From assembly GCA_050575255.1 (NCBI GenBank), contig JBNZDD010013651.1, forward strand, positions 2,211,945 through 2,275,944: a stretch of DNA of 64,000 bases, read 5' to 3'. A program made the position numbers and the translations under genes. This document shows positions 38,867 to 51,405 of this stretch, one piece after another; the stretch's first letter is position 1; the number at the start of each line of letters is the position of its first letter. The DNA comes from Harriotta raleighana. Its lineage: Eukaryota. The notes beneath the pieces were generated by a model. It made no database searches and had not been told where the DNA came from. It saw nothing but the letters and a program-made list of their open reading frames with translations.

Positions 38867-38925
38867 ATGAATCCTCCGGGCGGCCGAGGGAGGAGGAAGA
38901 AGGGGCCGCCGAGATCTCCGTCTGA
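38845..38925 (+). other. Overlapping upstream ORF at the SPAST start (MAVDGRVNESSGRPREEEEGAAEISV*)
   Basis: gtgATGG strong Kozak, 22 nt upstream of and out of frame with SPAST M1. TGA at 38923-38925. Confidence 0.7.
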
Positions 38926-39200
38926 GGACAGCCAGAAAGTCTCACTGCACAAGCGGAACCTCTACTACTTCTCCTACCCACTCATCGCCGTCTTCACCTT
39001 CTTGCGCTTCCTCGCCTTCCACCTCTGGCTCTTCTTCGCCTATGTCTGTCACCGCTTGGCTGAAATGGCATCGCGGAAGACAGTGGCGGTCGAGGAGCGG
39101 GCGTGTGAGCCGGGCAGCGAGCCCGAGCGGGTCCGGCTGTACCACAAGCAGGCCTTCGACTACATCTCCGCCGCCCTCAGAATCGACGAGGACGACAAAG
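38867..39200 (+). CDS. SPAST: Spastin exon 1 (MNPPGGRGRRKK...HKRNLYYFSYPL hydrophobic hairpin...start of MIT domain)
   Basis: HKRNLYYFSYPL and ERVRxxHKQAFxYISxALRIDED match vertebrate spastin. Donor AAAG|gtgagc. Confidence 0.97.
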
Positions 39201-39309
39201 GTGAGCGGTGACTCTTCCCCTCCCAGGGCGGAAGCTCAGCCCGGACCAGCGGGGCCAACAGGGGGCCCCGGCCCCGCCACAGCGGGAGCTTCAGGGGCAA
39301 GGACACAAG

Positions 39310-40140
39310 GGTGGGTGGGTGAGTGAGTGAGTGTCACTGACTGTGTGTGACTGACTGTGTATGTGTGTGTGTGTGTGACTGTCTCTGTGTGTGTTTGAGA
39401 CTGTGTGTAACTCTGTGGGACTGACTGACGTGTGTGTGACTGTCTCTGTGTGTGTTTGAAACTGTGTGTGACTGACGTGTGTGTGTGTGTGTGTGTAACT
39501 GTCTGTGTGTGTTTGAGACTGTGTAACTCTGTGGGACTGACTGACGTGTGTGTGTGTGACTGTGTTTGAGACTGTATGTGTAACTCTGTGGGACTGACTG
39601 ACGTGTGTGTGACTGTCTCTGTGTGTGTTTGAAACTGTGTGTGACTGACGTGTGTGTGTGTGTGTGTTTGAGACTGTAACTCTGTGGGACTGACTGACGT
39701 GTGTGTGTGTGTGTGTGTGTGTGACTGTGTGTGTGTGTTTGAGACTGTGTGTGTAACTCTGTGGGACTGACTGACGTGTGTGTGACTGTCTCTGTGTGTG
39801 TTTGAAACTGTGTGTGATTGACGTGTGTGTGTGTGTGTAACTGTCTGTGTGTGTTTGAGACTGTGTAACTGTGGGACTGACTGACTTGTGTGTGTGTGTG
39901 ACTGTCTGTGTGTGTGTTTGAGACTGTGTGTGTAACTGTGGGACTGACTGACTTGTGTGTGTGTGTGTGTGTGTGACTGTGTGTTTGAGACTGTGTAACT
40001 GTGTGACTGACTTGTGTGAGTGTGTGTGTGTGTAACTGACTGTGTGTATGTGACTTGTGAAAGGCACTCTACAAATGTAATTTTGTTGTGTATGACTGAC
40101 TGTGCGTGACAGTGTGTGTGTGTGTGTGACACTGTGAGTG
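39310..40140. repeat. TG-rich minisatellite at the start of SPAST intron 1
   Basis: Repeated unit gtgtttgagactgtg(tg)taactctgtgggactgactgac(gt)n. Confidence 0.95.
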
Positions 40141-42954
40141 GGAGCAAGGGTTGGGCATTCCCAGTGGCCCACACATAGCATCCTAGTCACAACACGCTGT
40201 CAGGTTTGTTGTATGTTGTGGCTTCTCTGGTACCAGCTTCACTCTTCATCCCGTTATATCAACAAAAATTTTCCCTCTTGAGATATATAATCAACAAACA
40301 ATGAAATGACACTTATGGAACGCCGTTCACTTCGGAAGGATATAATGTATATACATTATATAATCAATATTTAAGGTTTTTTTTGTTTTGCTTATTTATT
40401 TACACAGCCTCACCCGCTTTATTCTTTGGTCGTCATCACGTAATATGAATAGATGTGACTTCTTTCCAGCCCCCTCCACGCACCGCACCAAATTAAATCA
40501 GCAAAAAATATTGTTCCCGCCTCATGACTCTTGCATTGCTGAAGGAGGTTTAGCAAGCCTTGTGAATGTTGGCCACTGATTCTCATTTTAAAAACAGTCG
40601 GGATGCGACTGACTCTCCAAACCTGTTCTCAGTGTTCTCAGTGACACCAGCTGCTTGAGTGAGATACCCACAATACTGTGTACCACCCAGCAGTAAGTAA
40701 CTAGGCTTTGCCTTAGATCAAGGAGATGAAAGTGGAGACAGTAAAACTCAAGGAGAACAGGTACCTATATAGGGTTACCAGTGAAAGTATGTACTGTATT
40801 AAGCTTGAACATACTTTTATTTTGGAACAAATCAAGAAGCTCTGCTACTATGAAATGCCATGAGACCCTACCCTGCACGTTAGAAATGAAAGTTACAGTT
40901 TTGTATGCTGTGTCTGCAGACTTCTTCAGTATCTGCAACATCGCCACTCATTATTCACAATGAGGTAACATGCTGAGTTCAGTGCTGTTGAACCGGGCCA
41001 TGTTTTAGTTTTCTTACAGTACATCCGTGCAATTGAAAACGCATTAATTGTACCGCATTGAAGGAAGCCATTGAACTGATTAAGTTTTTTTTTACGATTG
41101 ACAGATTTGATTGAACACAGTAGAGTTTCACAGTTCATAATAGGGAGATTATCATCTGGTTGTATTTTGCTTCTGGAGTACAGTGATGGCAATTTTTTGT
41201 AGAAACAGCTTACTTGAATATGAATGATATTACAAAGGAACTAGAGACCAGGCATTATCTTAACTGGCCTCATAATTTTCAGTTTTTGATATAATTGGAT
41301 TTAGTTGCATGCATTTTAATTTAACCTTGGGAATTCAGTTGAAAATGGACTATGCAAGTGTTAATGTAACATAGGGATTTGGAAATTGAAAGTGATTGAT
41401 ATATGTCTGTTGGAACAGATTTAATACTAATTGTTAACTTAATTTTTCTACTTTGTATATGCATCGATTTGCACAATAATGCTTTGCAGTTTGATGTTGG
41501 CTGTCTATGTGTAGTTATTGTTTTCATGGAAATATTTCGGTAGAAGTTATGAGACTGAATTCACTTCCCAGATTTAGGACTTGGTTAACTCTGGTGCTGT
41601 TCCCCTATCCTTTACTCTGTTTCGCCTCTACATGTTCTCAATCGCACTATGCAGCTACTCGAAGCTGGCAAGTAGAGATTGTAAACAAGTGCATTGGTGG
41701 TGATAGCAGCCAATGGAGTACATTTCCAAAACGTGCCTCTCTGACCACACTTTCGGTCATCTTTCTCCACTTTGGCTCCCAGTTCCAACTCAAATGCCCA
41801 TCCAGCATTGGCAAGTACTTTGGGATGTTCTCCCGATGTGAAAGGCTTTGAAATGCATTTAAGTTGTATTGTGATTATCTAATTGGCTGAAGTGAAATAT
41901 CTTTGCAGTGATGTTGTGAGATCTTTTTGGTTTAATTCTCTTGGGAATAGGCCCATTCAATAAATTAATAAACAGTAGCTCTATCAAATAAAATTAATAA
42001 CACCATCTAATGTGAAAATAAAATTAATAATAGTTGTGCTTTTGTGATGGTATCTTGTGGCTTGGTACTTCTACTGGTATAGGATTTACAACTTGAAAAT
42101 TGGCTTTCTTGAGCAATTGAAGTGCATAAAGCTTTCCCTACTTACTATAAAGGGGCCAATGGTTCTTATGGCAATATATGTGATAACAATTAAAATAGGA
42201 AAAGAGTAAAATAAGGGGGAGTCCAACTAATAAATAAAAGTTAACAAATTGCTGTTTTAGGTTATACAGTTATATACTCCTCCATGAATTAGAGATAAAA
42301 TGTAGAAAAACATTTCCTCTTTGCTTCTACTCTTATACCATTACTTGTGACTTCTACAGATCGGAGTAGAAGTAGTTACTGTTAGATCCAAAATACTATT
42401 TTTTGTTTCTAAATATTTCTATTTTATAATGCATTATTCCTGAAACAGACAATGAGGCAGAATGTGTGTGTGTGTGTAACATGCAACAATTTCTGATGGG
42501 AATTCCTTAATAAAGAATTAGAAGAAGTTAAGTAGGCTGGAGGAACAAAATGGTTAAAGAAAATGTGTTTCAGATTTGCCTTATCTCTGCGGCTGAGAAT
42601 ATGTCGGTGAGCCAAACCTGCAAGATAAAACAGTTGAGTGTGAGGCATGATATAAAGGAAGAACTGTTGCAGCTGGGTGTGATCCTGGTAGCAGCTGTTA
42701 CATTTTCTTCCTAGTAGAGAAGTTTCTGGTGTACATATGGAGCCTATTCTTCCAGTCGATGTTCCACATTTAGTCCATTAGGAATAGATCAGGGGTAATA
42801 ATGCATAAAACACCTTTCACATAAACATGCCAAAGCACTTTTCAAAATATAGTTGATTAGATATGAAATGTATGGTATACAGGCAGCCAAACTGCACCAG
42901 TAATGTCCTATAAACAGCAATGAGATGTGCAGCCAATTATTTTGAATTTGGCAG

Positions 42955-43605
42955 TAAATAATAATAATCGCTGCAGTTGATCTAATGCCTTATCGCATCA
43001 TTGGGACATCCCAAAGCACTTCACAGGACGTGAATTGACTGCATATTCTGTGGGCGGCAGCCAATTGCACACAGCAGTGTCCTCCAAATGATTGAAAATT
43101 GAGCGACCAAATTATTATCATTTTATTTATTTGGAGAATTATTATTCCCAGAAAGCAATCCATCAATCAACTACTTACTGCTAGGTAAACCGAGGCAGGG
43201 GTTAGGAGGGGAAATATAAAACAGGATAACTGAGAAAAGAATCCAAACATTTTTTTTGACTTGTGATTCAGACAAAAACCTTTTTAAAAAAAAATCACAT
43301 TGGTACTTGTCATTTCGTCCACATTACTTCTTGCTTTACTGCTCATGTGCAAAGCAGGAAGTGATGTCTATGGCAATCTAATGCCATAGTCTCCATCCCA
43401 CAATCCCTTTGCCTTACACCCTCCCCTGCTCCTTCAAGACTTGACTCAAGACTCTTCTCTTTGACTGTGCATTCAGCCGCGGTCCGAACTCTGCCCTCCT
43501 TCATTGTAACCCTGCTCCCCCCTCAATCTCAGATCCTGACCCTTCACTGTTCAGCACCTTGGGATGTGAAAGGTACTGTATAAATATAATTTTGTTGTTG
43601 TTGTA
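42955..43605. mobile_element. SINE fragment (-, about 42955-43200) and L2 3' end (+, about 43390-43605)
   Basis: SINE core cagccaattgcacacagcagtgtcc; L2 tail cagcaccttgggatgtgaaagg...tataaat...ttgttgttg. Confidence 0.7.
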
Positions 43606-46600
43606 ATAGGCTCAAAGCACAGTTAGAGGTAGCTCTTTAGGTAGGATCTGAAAGCATAAAGGGAAGGGGGCGAGGTAGAGGGGTTTCAGGAGAAAATGAT
43701 TGTTTTTAGTTTTTTTTTGAGAAACTCTTGTATATGAAAGTAATTGCAGTATTTCTAGACATGTAACAGTAAAACAAGAAATCAACCGACAGAAACTAAC
43801 AAGGGAAGAACTAAACTGGCTTGCTTAAAAGGGGAAAAACGAGTGAAGAAGCAAATACTGTAAATAAGTAAAATCTGGAATGTATTGGTTAAGAGATTTT
43901 TAGCTAGTAGCAAAGATTGGGGATTAGTTTCTGGCATTTAAAATTTGTGCACATCATTACAATTTAAAATAACAAAGTATTTACCTGCATTGGGAAAAAT
44001 GCTTCATATTTGGAATAGTGAGAGAATGCTGATTTTAGGGAGAGATGTAACCTGCTGCCTTTTATTCATGTTTTAATTCCCTGTACTGTACAAACGGGAA
44101 TCCTTGCCTTTATGGTAGATGAATGATGAACTACTCTTGCTGAGCATGATATGATAAAGAACCAGTTTGCCACAGATTGTTTGTCCAATTCAGATGTGTC
44201 CTAATGGGCATGTTTTATAAAGTGTTTTTTTTCAAGTGGGATGTCAGTTTGCATTTTACTTCTTCGTATAAAGCTGATCAGTGAGCTTTGAAATGTGGTA
44301 TTTCCAACAAGGAATGTTGGAACTATGTCAACAAGGTCAGCATAGTGACCCATTTACATGTTCTATACTAGTCATGATGGGATATGCAGTCAGGCAGAAG
44401 ACATGACGTTGCTTAAAAGCACTTTGCCCAAAGGTATCCAGTGATGAGCATCTTTATTGTCATGTGACCATGCAAATTATTTGACTCCAGAAACTTTCAA
44501 GCCAGCAATGAATCCTGAAGAGGTTTTACTACTAAAATGATTCCACAGAATAGCTTCAGGTGTGTTTTTTTTCCAGCAGCATCTAACTAAAATCCTCATG
44601 CATTAGTAAATCCTAAAATACAGTCCAGTTTATGTCTACTGTGAGTTTCATTTGACGTTGGGTGAAGATAATAACTCTTTTACTAATAAAGTTAGCCTTT
44701 TCTCGGTTAATTGTCTTTGGCTTAAAAGTGTTCCAGTTTTTCTTCTGCAGTTTTCCAGGCATTTAGGAAACTCATAAATCTGAAGTTCATAGATGGTAAT
44801 GTGATTTATACCATATCTGACTTGTGAATTTGTTTGTAGCATTGGGACAAATTATTTGTTCTTCTATTATAATTATAATAATAATAATCCTTCCAATTGA
44901 TATAGCGATTTCACATCTTCCAGACATCTCAAAGCTCTTCTCAGGATATACTGTAAAGTGAATAGACTGTATATTTATGGGAAAAATAAATTCTGTATTC
45001 TAATCAGGGATGATTGAATTGACAAAATATTTTTATTTGACAAATATGTGAATATTATCCTGATTTTAACTAAAAGTATGATTTATTGCAAAACCTGTCA
45101 TATCCTGTTCCATTGCTCCAGATTGGTAAAAGAAAATCACTTGAAACAGTTGGTGAGGAAGGAAACCTTGAATGCCAGGGTGCACATTCAGTGTGAGCAA
45201 TTCATCCACAAAACAGATGGAAAAAGATGCAGCCTGTGGACTGAATCTCACTTTTGCTTCACAAATTGCTCTTCCCAGCTCAAAATGCAAATTACAGTAT
45301 TGTTATGGGTTCGCTCTTCTGATTATACCAATTAACTCAAATGTTCACATAATCTGTTGGAAACTGGTTTTTATTAAAGCTACATGCAGTCAGCGGTGAT
45401 TGTTATGAACTGGGGGACAGAACAAAGACTGGTGCCATCTTATTCTAAATAACCATTAATTGCTCTAAACTATTGCCCCTTAGGTCATGGAGATGATTTG
45501 GAGTGCAATTAATATATTCCAGAAATTGAATAATTTTCACCTCAATGCAGCTGTTTTTAGTGGAACCCTGAATGGCTTTAAATATTTTTAAAGTGGCACA
45601 GAAATTCATTTAAAAAAAAAAGACCAATTTGCTCACTGAAAGATTTAGATGCTTGAAAAGGTAGAATATTGATGGGGATAGAAGTGAACAAGAGAGTGGG
45701 ATTAGAGAAGGTGGCTCAGCTGTCAAAAACAACCAATGCATATTTAATGAAATGAGTTTCTGTGTTATAACATTTGGTGTAACATTTTGATTGCCTTTAC
45801 ACACTTATTAGGACTCTTACCTGGCGAGTCTTCAACTAGCTCCAAACATCATTGACCCAAAGGTCACTCAGAATTCTTGTTGATCTCCCATCCTCACCTT
45901 TTATGTGAAAAGTAGCCTTGCGACATACAGTACTGTAACTTCATGATGAACACTAAGAAGGAATTGTTTGAAATTACTGTATGACTCCGGACTTCCAGAC
46001 AAATACAGTATTAGGCTATATTTGTTTATTTTTGGCTGGAATCTAAACATATCTTTCTGTGCTTACAACTGGTTCTAAAGCAGCGGTGTTGGATAGTTTG
46101 CACTTCCAGCAGTTGGCTTCACTTTTCCTTGTGACTGTGGATAATAGCAACTCTGAAACTAGGATGGAAGGGTTAAAAGGGAAGTGGGAATCTTTTGCAA
46201 GCTGATGATATGTAAAATACCTTTTCTAGTGCCATATTCAAATCAGAATTTTTTTAAGCCCTTAGAGCACATCTTGACTTGTGTGATCCCTGCCTGTGTC
46301 AATGTGCATTTTTAATTAATCCTTTATAGCACCAGAAGGCCTCTGTGGCTTTGGCAGGTGCTTAGAATCCAGTTGGGCAGTCTGTAAGGAGATTAATTTT
46401 TCATTTGTTCGAACTAATGTGGAGATGATGGTAATTACTGAAGTCAGTCATGTTGCAGAATATTCACTGGTACTGTTCCTCCAGGCTATGTGTAGTTTGA
46501 TTGTGGAGGTAAAAAAGGATTTGAACATCACAGTAGCCTCATGCCCAGACCACATTGTGATCTATGATCAATGCGGTGGAGCTGCGGGCTCTGTCTGCAT

Positions 46601-47231
46601 TATTTCTGTTTTTGAGCATTGGAGACTTATTATTGCTGGCTGTCATTTGTGTGCAGGAAATTGTATTGTGAACTGAGGGCAACCAGAAAATACCCAGAAA
46701 CTCGTCTATGATTAGAGTGTCACAACAATAAAGCTAGTGCAAATCATTCACTCACTTCACTACTAATTGTATACATAAATTAGTCAAATAAAGTTTATAT
46801 TGAGATTTAATAGAGCTTTGATTTAAAAAGTATCCCTTTGTGTAAAATCAAGTACACAGGGAAATCTGTGAATTTGTCTTCCGTGTCTTTGAATTCTGCA
46901 GGGACTAGATATTTTCAGAGTTCCTAGAGTATTGGGATGGTTTATGGCCATTTGGAGCTTTGCTTAATATCAAATCCGAGTCTCTGTTTCGAAGCAATCT
47001 AACAACTATGGATACCATTAGACTAAATATCCCTTAGCTATCCTCTGTCAAGTTTTTGTAAAATTTCTTTAGATCTCAACAATTCAAAGCAATAGACTGA
47101 AATTCTGAACAATGTTTATATATTCAGTACTCAAAAGTTTAAAGTAATGTTTTCAATATGGTTGTGGTGGGACAGACAATGTTTGTGCTAGTTTCTCAAT
47201 GGTACAGTTTGTGACTCTTCCTCTGTTTAAG

Positions 47232-47318
47232 CAGGACAGAAGGATAAAGCTGTGGAATGGTACCAGAAGGGGATTGATGAACTGGAGAAAGGAATTGCAA
47301 TCCAGATCACTAAACCCG
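47232..47318 (+). CDS. SPAST: Spastin exon 2 ([29 protein letters not shown]; MIT domain)
   Basis: 87 nt (84 nt with the second NAGNAG acceptor); G|gtaaga donor; AVEWYxKGIxELEKGI motif. Confidence 0.96.
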
Positions 47319-48516
47319 GTAAGACATGTCAATTCCAGTATCTGTCACTCACCTAGATAAGAGTAAATGCAGAGAATATAAAAAAAATTGAGGCTTGTAA
47401 CATGCTAGGAAATTTTACTGAATATTCAGGAGTGACCCGAGCTTCTGATCATTCCAGAAGAGACCTGCTGCTTGGAAGTCAACTTGCTCTAAAGCCATCC
47501 CACAGACTTTCTCTTGAGACTCAACTTTCTGTTTTACTGAATTGAGGAAATGAAAGATATAAGAGCTGGGTTTATTTTGCTCCATTTGTTAAAATGCATA
47601 TTCTCCCCCCCCCCTTTTTTGTTTTTAAAGAAAAAGCTGCCCACAATCACAGATTTGCTCAAAGGCAAGCAGAATTTAAATATCCACCAATGCTCAGGCC
47701 CACAATCAGATAGGCATTTTGAACAGTGAATCTCCAAACCAATGACTGCTCAACATTTTGTTCTGCAAAATTATTAACACCAGTGTGAACACATTCCTGA
47801 TGCATCCATGAGGTATTCTGCTCATAAAGACAGTGGTAGTACAGTGCAACTGTGAAATTTGTACTCTAAAATGAACTCTCATAAAACCTTACGTTTACAG
47901 CATCGCCTGGATTTCTTGTTGGGAAAACAACAGTCCACTGTACTACTTTTTAAAGTTTTTCTCAAGATCAGCTGTTCTCATTCAGTCTGTTGTGCAAGAC
48001 TGGAGGAACTGGGTAAAAGACAGGCTGTTTATGTGGAGAAAGCAGGAGATTAGGAATGTGGCGGCCGTGTCAATGGGGTAGTGGGTGTGTGCCCTACCAC
48101 AGAGCTGCAGTTTACGAACTGGGAGTTCGCTAGCATGAATCCTGGTAATTGTTGAGTTTGCAGTATGGGGAGGCACTGTGATGGTACTATATTTGCCCTG
48201 CAGTGTAAAGGGGTCAAATTCCACAGCATTGGAATATACAATATACACGTGACACATACATTGGGTACTGCGTTTCACTTTTACATTTTGATAAACCAGT
48301 TTACCTCCTGTCATGTATTTAACAGCTCACCTGTGAAGGTTATTTTCATTTTGACATTCTAAATCAAACTCTGCCCTAGGCAAAACATCAACGGAATAAA
48401 AACTAATTTATCTTCTAGCCTTCTATTGCCAGAATTACTTTCCTGGTTTTCATAAAATAGATTTTACTACACATTTTTAAAGCTGGTATTAATTGATGAT
48501 ATGTAGAAAATATATA

Positions 48517-49866
48517 CAACAACAACAAGATTGCATTTATAGAGCGCGTTTCATGTCGGGAGGACATCCCAAAGCGCTGGACAGTTGGTTTAGGACCTGA
48601 GCAGGGGGAAATGTTCAGGGGGAGGGAGGGAGCGAGGAGGGGGTAGAGAGTCGAGAGGGGAGCTGAAGGCATGGTCGAAGAGAAAGGTCTTGAGACCGGC
48701 CTTGAAAGAGGAAAGGGAGGAAGCGAGGTGATGGTACTGGGGGATGGAGTTCCAGAGCCTGGGGGCTGAGCCCAGGCTGAAAGCCCAGCCGCCGATGGTA
48801 GGGCGGTTAGGGCAGGGGATGTGNNNNNNNNNNNNNNNNNNNNNNNNNNNNNNNNNNNNNNNNNNNNNNNNNNNNNNNNNNNNNNNNNNNNNNNNNNNNN
48901 NNNNNNNNNNNNNNNNNNNNNNNNNNNNNNNNNNNNNNNNNNNNNNNNNNNNNNNNNNNNNNNNNNNNNNNNNNNNNNNNNNNNNNNNNNNNNNNNNNNN
49001 NNNNNNNNNNNNNNNNNNNNNNNNNNNNNNNNNNNNNNNNNNNNNNNNNNNNNNNNNNNNNNNNCGAGCCTTGAGGTGACGAATGTGTGGACTAGTGTTT
49101 CAGCAGCATGAGGGGTGAGGCAGTGTTGTAGCCTGGCGATGTTCCGGAGGTGGTGGAAGGCAGTGCTAGTTGTGGCGCGGATGTGGGGGAGAAAGGACAG
49201 CTCAGGGTCAAATAGAACACCGAGGTTCCTGACTGGCTTTGCGAGGTGGAGAGTGCAGCCTTGGATGCTGATGCTGTCAGCACCCGAGTTGCGGAGGCGC
49301 TGACGCGAGCCAATCAGGAGGGCCTCGGTTTTCCGGACATTGAGCTGAAGAAAGTTGTCTCTCGTCCAGGACTCGATGTCAGACAGGCAGGCTGTCAGGA
49401 CATCGGTAGTCGTGGAGTTGAGAGTAGAGGAGGAAAGGTAGAGTTGGGTGTCATCCGCATACATGTGGAAGTTAACCCCATGTCTATGGATGATATCACC
49501 AAGGGGGAGCATATAGAGGGTGAAGAGCAGAGGACTGAGGACAGAGCCCTGAGGGACGCCGCACGAGACATTATGGGGGCTGGAGGAAAAGCCATTTGAG
49601 TATATGAAATGAAGACGGTGGGAGAGGTAGGACCTAAACCACTCAAGGACAGGGCCTTGAAAGTTGAGGTGGGAGGACAGGCGGTGCAGGAGGATAGAGT
49701 GGTCAACCGTATTGAATGCGGCCGATAGGTCAAGGAGGATGAGGAGGCAGAGGGAGCCCTGGTCACAGATGGTCAGGATGTCATTGGAGGGGTTCGAGGA
49801 ATGAGTGGGTGGAGAGGAAAGAGCGCAGCTGGGAGGCGATGACTCTTTCCAGAACCTTGGACAAGA
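48517..49866 (-). mobile_element. L2-like LINE, relatively young, spanning a 241-N gap (48824-49064)
   Basis: Open reading [28 protein letters not shown]...LQLNVRKTEALLIG...VRNLGVLFDPELSF...LVHTFVTSRL; intact tail with (ttg)n. Confidence 0.95.
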
Positions 49867-50127
49867 ATTGTACTATCCTGCAGGTTAAATATTGAGAAAT
49901 ATTGATGCTTCATCACATAACCCATGCTGCTTGCTGGACTCCTGAGCTCCCCTTCACAAGCTGCAGACCATCCAGAATTCTATAGCCCACATCCCAATGC
50001 AGAATGTTGCGAGTGTTTTTTTTTGCTCTGTTCCTCTAGGAGTTCTCCCCATTCAGAAGAAAATTCTATGGTGTAAAATATATGTGACCACACATTTGAA
50101 TTTAATGATCATCCATCCCTGCTTTGT

Positions 50128-50880
50128 AACAACAAGAACAAAATTACATTTATAGAGCATCTTTCTCGTCGGGAGGACATCCCAAGGCGCTGAATAGTCA
50201 GGCCCGAGTGGGCGTGGTGGGGGTCGGGGTAGGGGGAAGGAGAGTAGAAAAGTGGGGAAGTTAGGAGGGGAGCAGAAGGCAAAGTTAAAGAGGAAGGTCT
50301 TCCCCCTTAAAGGAGGAAAGGGAGGAAGCAATATGATTAACATTTTTTTTAAAATCCTTACATTTGATATATCTCTTTTCACGTCTCAAAGATGTCTCAA
50401 AGCACTTCACAGAATATATGGTAAAGTGAATTGACTGTACGTTTTGTGGGTGAAACATGGCATCCAATTGCACACAGTAGTGTCCCACAAACAGTTATAG
50501 ATTGAAATTACCAATTTTTTTTTGAGGGATTATTCTCAGGCATGTGACATACGTAAACTTGCCTAAGGTTTTGCCCCTGCCTGGAATTGTACCCAGGTCT
50601 CTTGCTTTCAAAGCGATTGCTCTAACCACTGAGCTACAGCACTCCAAACTGAACATGAGAACATAAGAATTAGAAACAGGAGTAGGCCATTCTGCCCCTC
50701 GAGCCTGCCCCACCATTCAATAAAATCATGGCTGATGTTCTAATCTAACTCCACCTACCCGCCTTATCCCCATATCCCTTAATCTCTTTATTCACAAGAA
50801 ATCTATCGATCTCAGTCTTGAATATGTTCAAGGATTGAACATCTACAGCGTTTGGGGTAGATAATTCCATAAATTCACCA
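50128..50880 (-). mobile_element. Cluster: L2 3' end (50128-50330), SINE (50350-50647), CR1-like LINE 3' end (50651-50880)
   Basis: CR1 tail on the - strand: atcagccatg...attgaatggtggggcaggctcgaggggcagaatggcctactcctg...ttcttatgttct. Confidence 0.85.
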
Positions 50881-51321
50881 TTGAAGTTTTAATGCAGTGA
50901 TAATTGTTAATCACCAAGTTTGATTATACTTGATTTAATGTTTGGGAATAACACATGATATTCAAGCTTGCACATTAGTTAAGTAGCCTATGTTGTATTT
51001 CAGTGCAGCTCAGCATTATTTTTGTCTTGTTAGCAAAATAACTGGGGCGTTCAGTTGAACCCAAATGACAAGTGGTTAAAGCAAAAACTGGTATGTGACG
51101 AGCCAATAAAGCCAACGGCAGAGGATGTTGATTAAGCCCATAGCTTTTCTGAATAGTGCTTATATAAGTGTAATCAATAATATTGACTGGCTTGGAATTC
51201 CAGTCAGTTGGGTGAAGCATTTTGAGACACCTGATAGCCTAAAAGGTGCAATATCAATTATAATTGTTGATACATTTGCCAAGTAGGTATCGATAACCTT
51301 GCCAAACCTTCTTGTTCCTAG

Positions 51322-51405
51322 GTGAACAATTTGATCGAGCCAGGCGATTGCAGGCTAAGATGACCACAAATCTGTTGATGGCCAAGGACCGTCTAAAGCT
51401 CCTGG
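51322..51405 (+). CDS. SPAST: Spastin exon 3 ([28 protein letters not shown])
   Basis: 84 nt, cctag| ... G|gtgggt. [20 protein letters not shown] motif. Confidence 0.96.

Noticed and set aside
39236-40190. Long His/Thr-rich ORFs (312 and 299 aa) on the - strand
   Set aside because: They are translations of the (TG/CA) minisatellite, which lacks stop codons by composition.
48415-49512. 365-aa ORF with a YADD reverse transcriptase motif
   Set aside because: It is a truncated L2 ORF2 read through a 241-N gap, not a host gene or a novel RT system.
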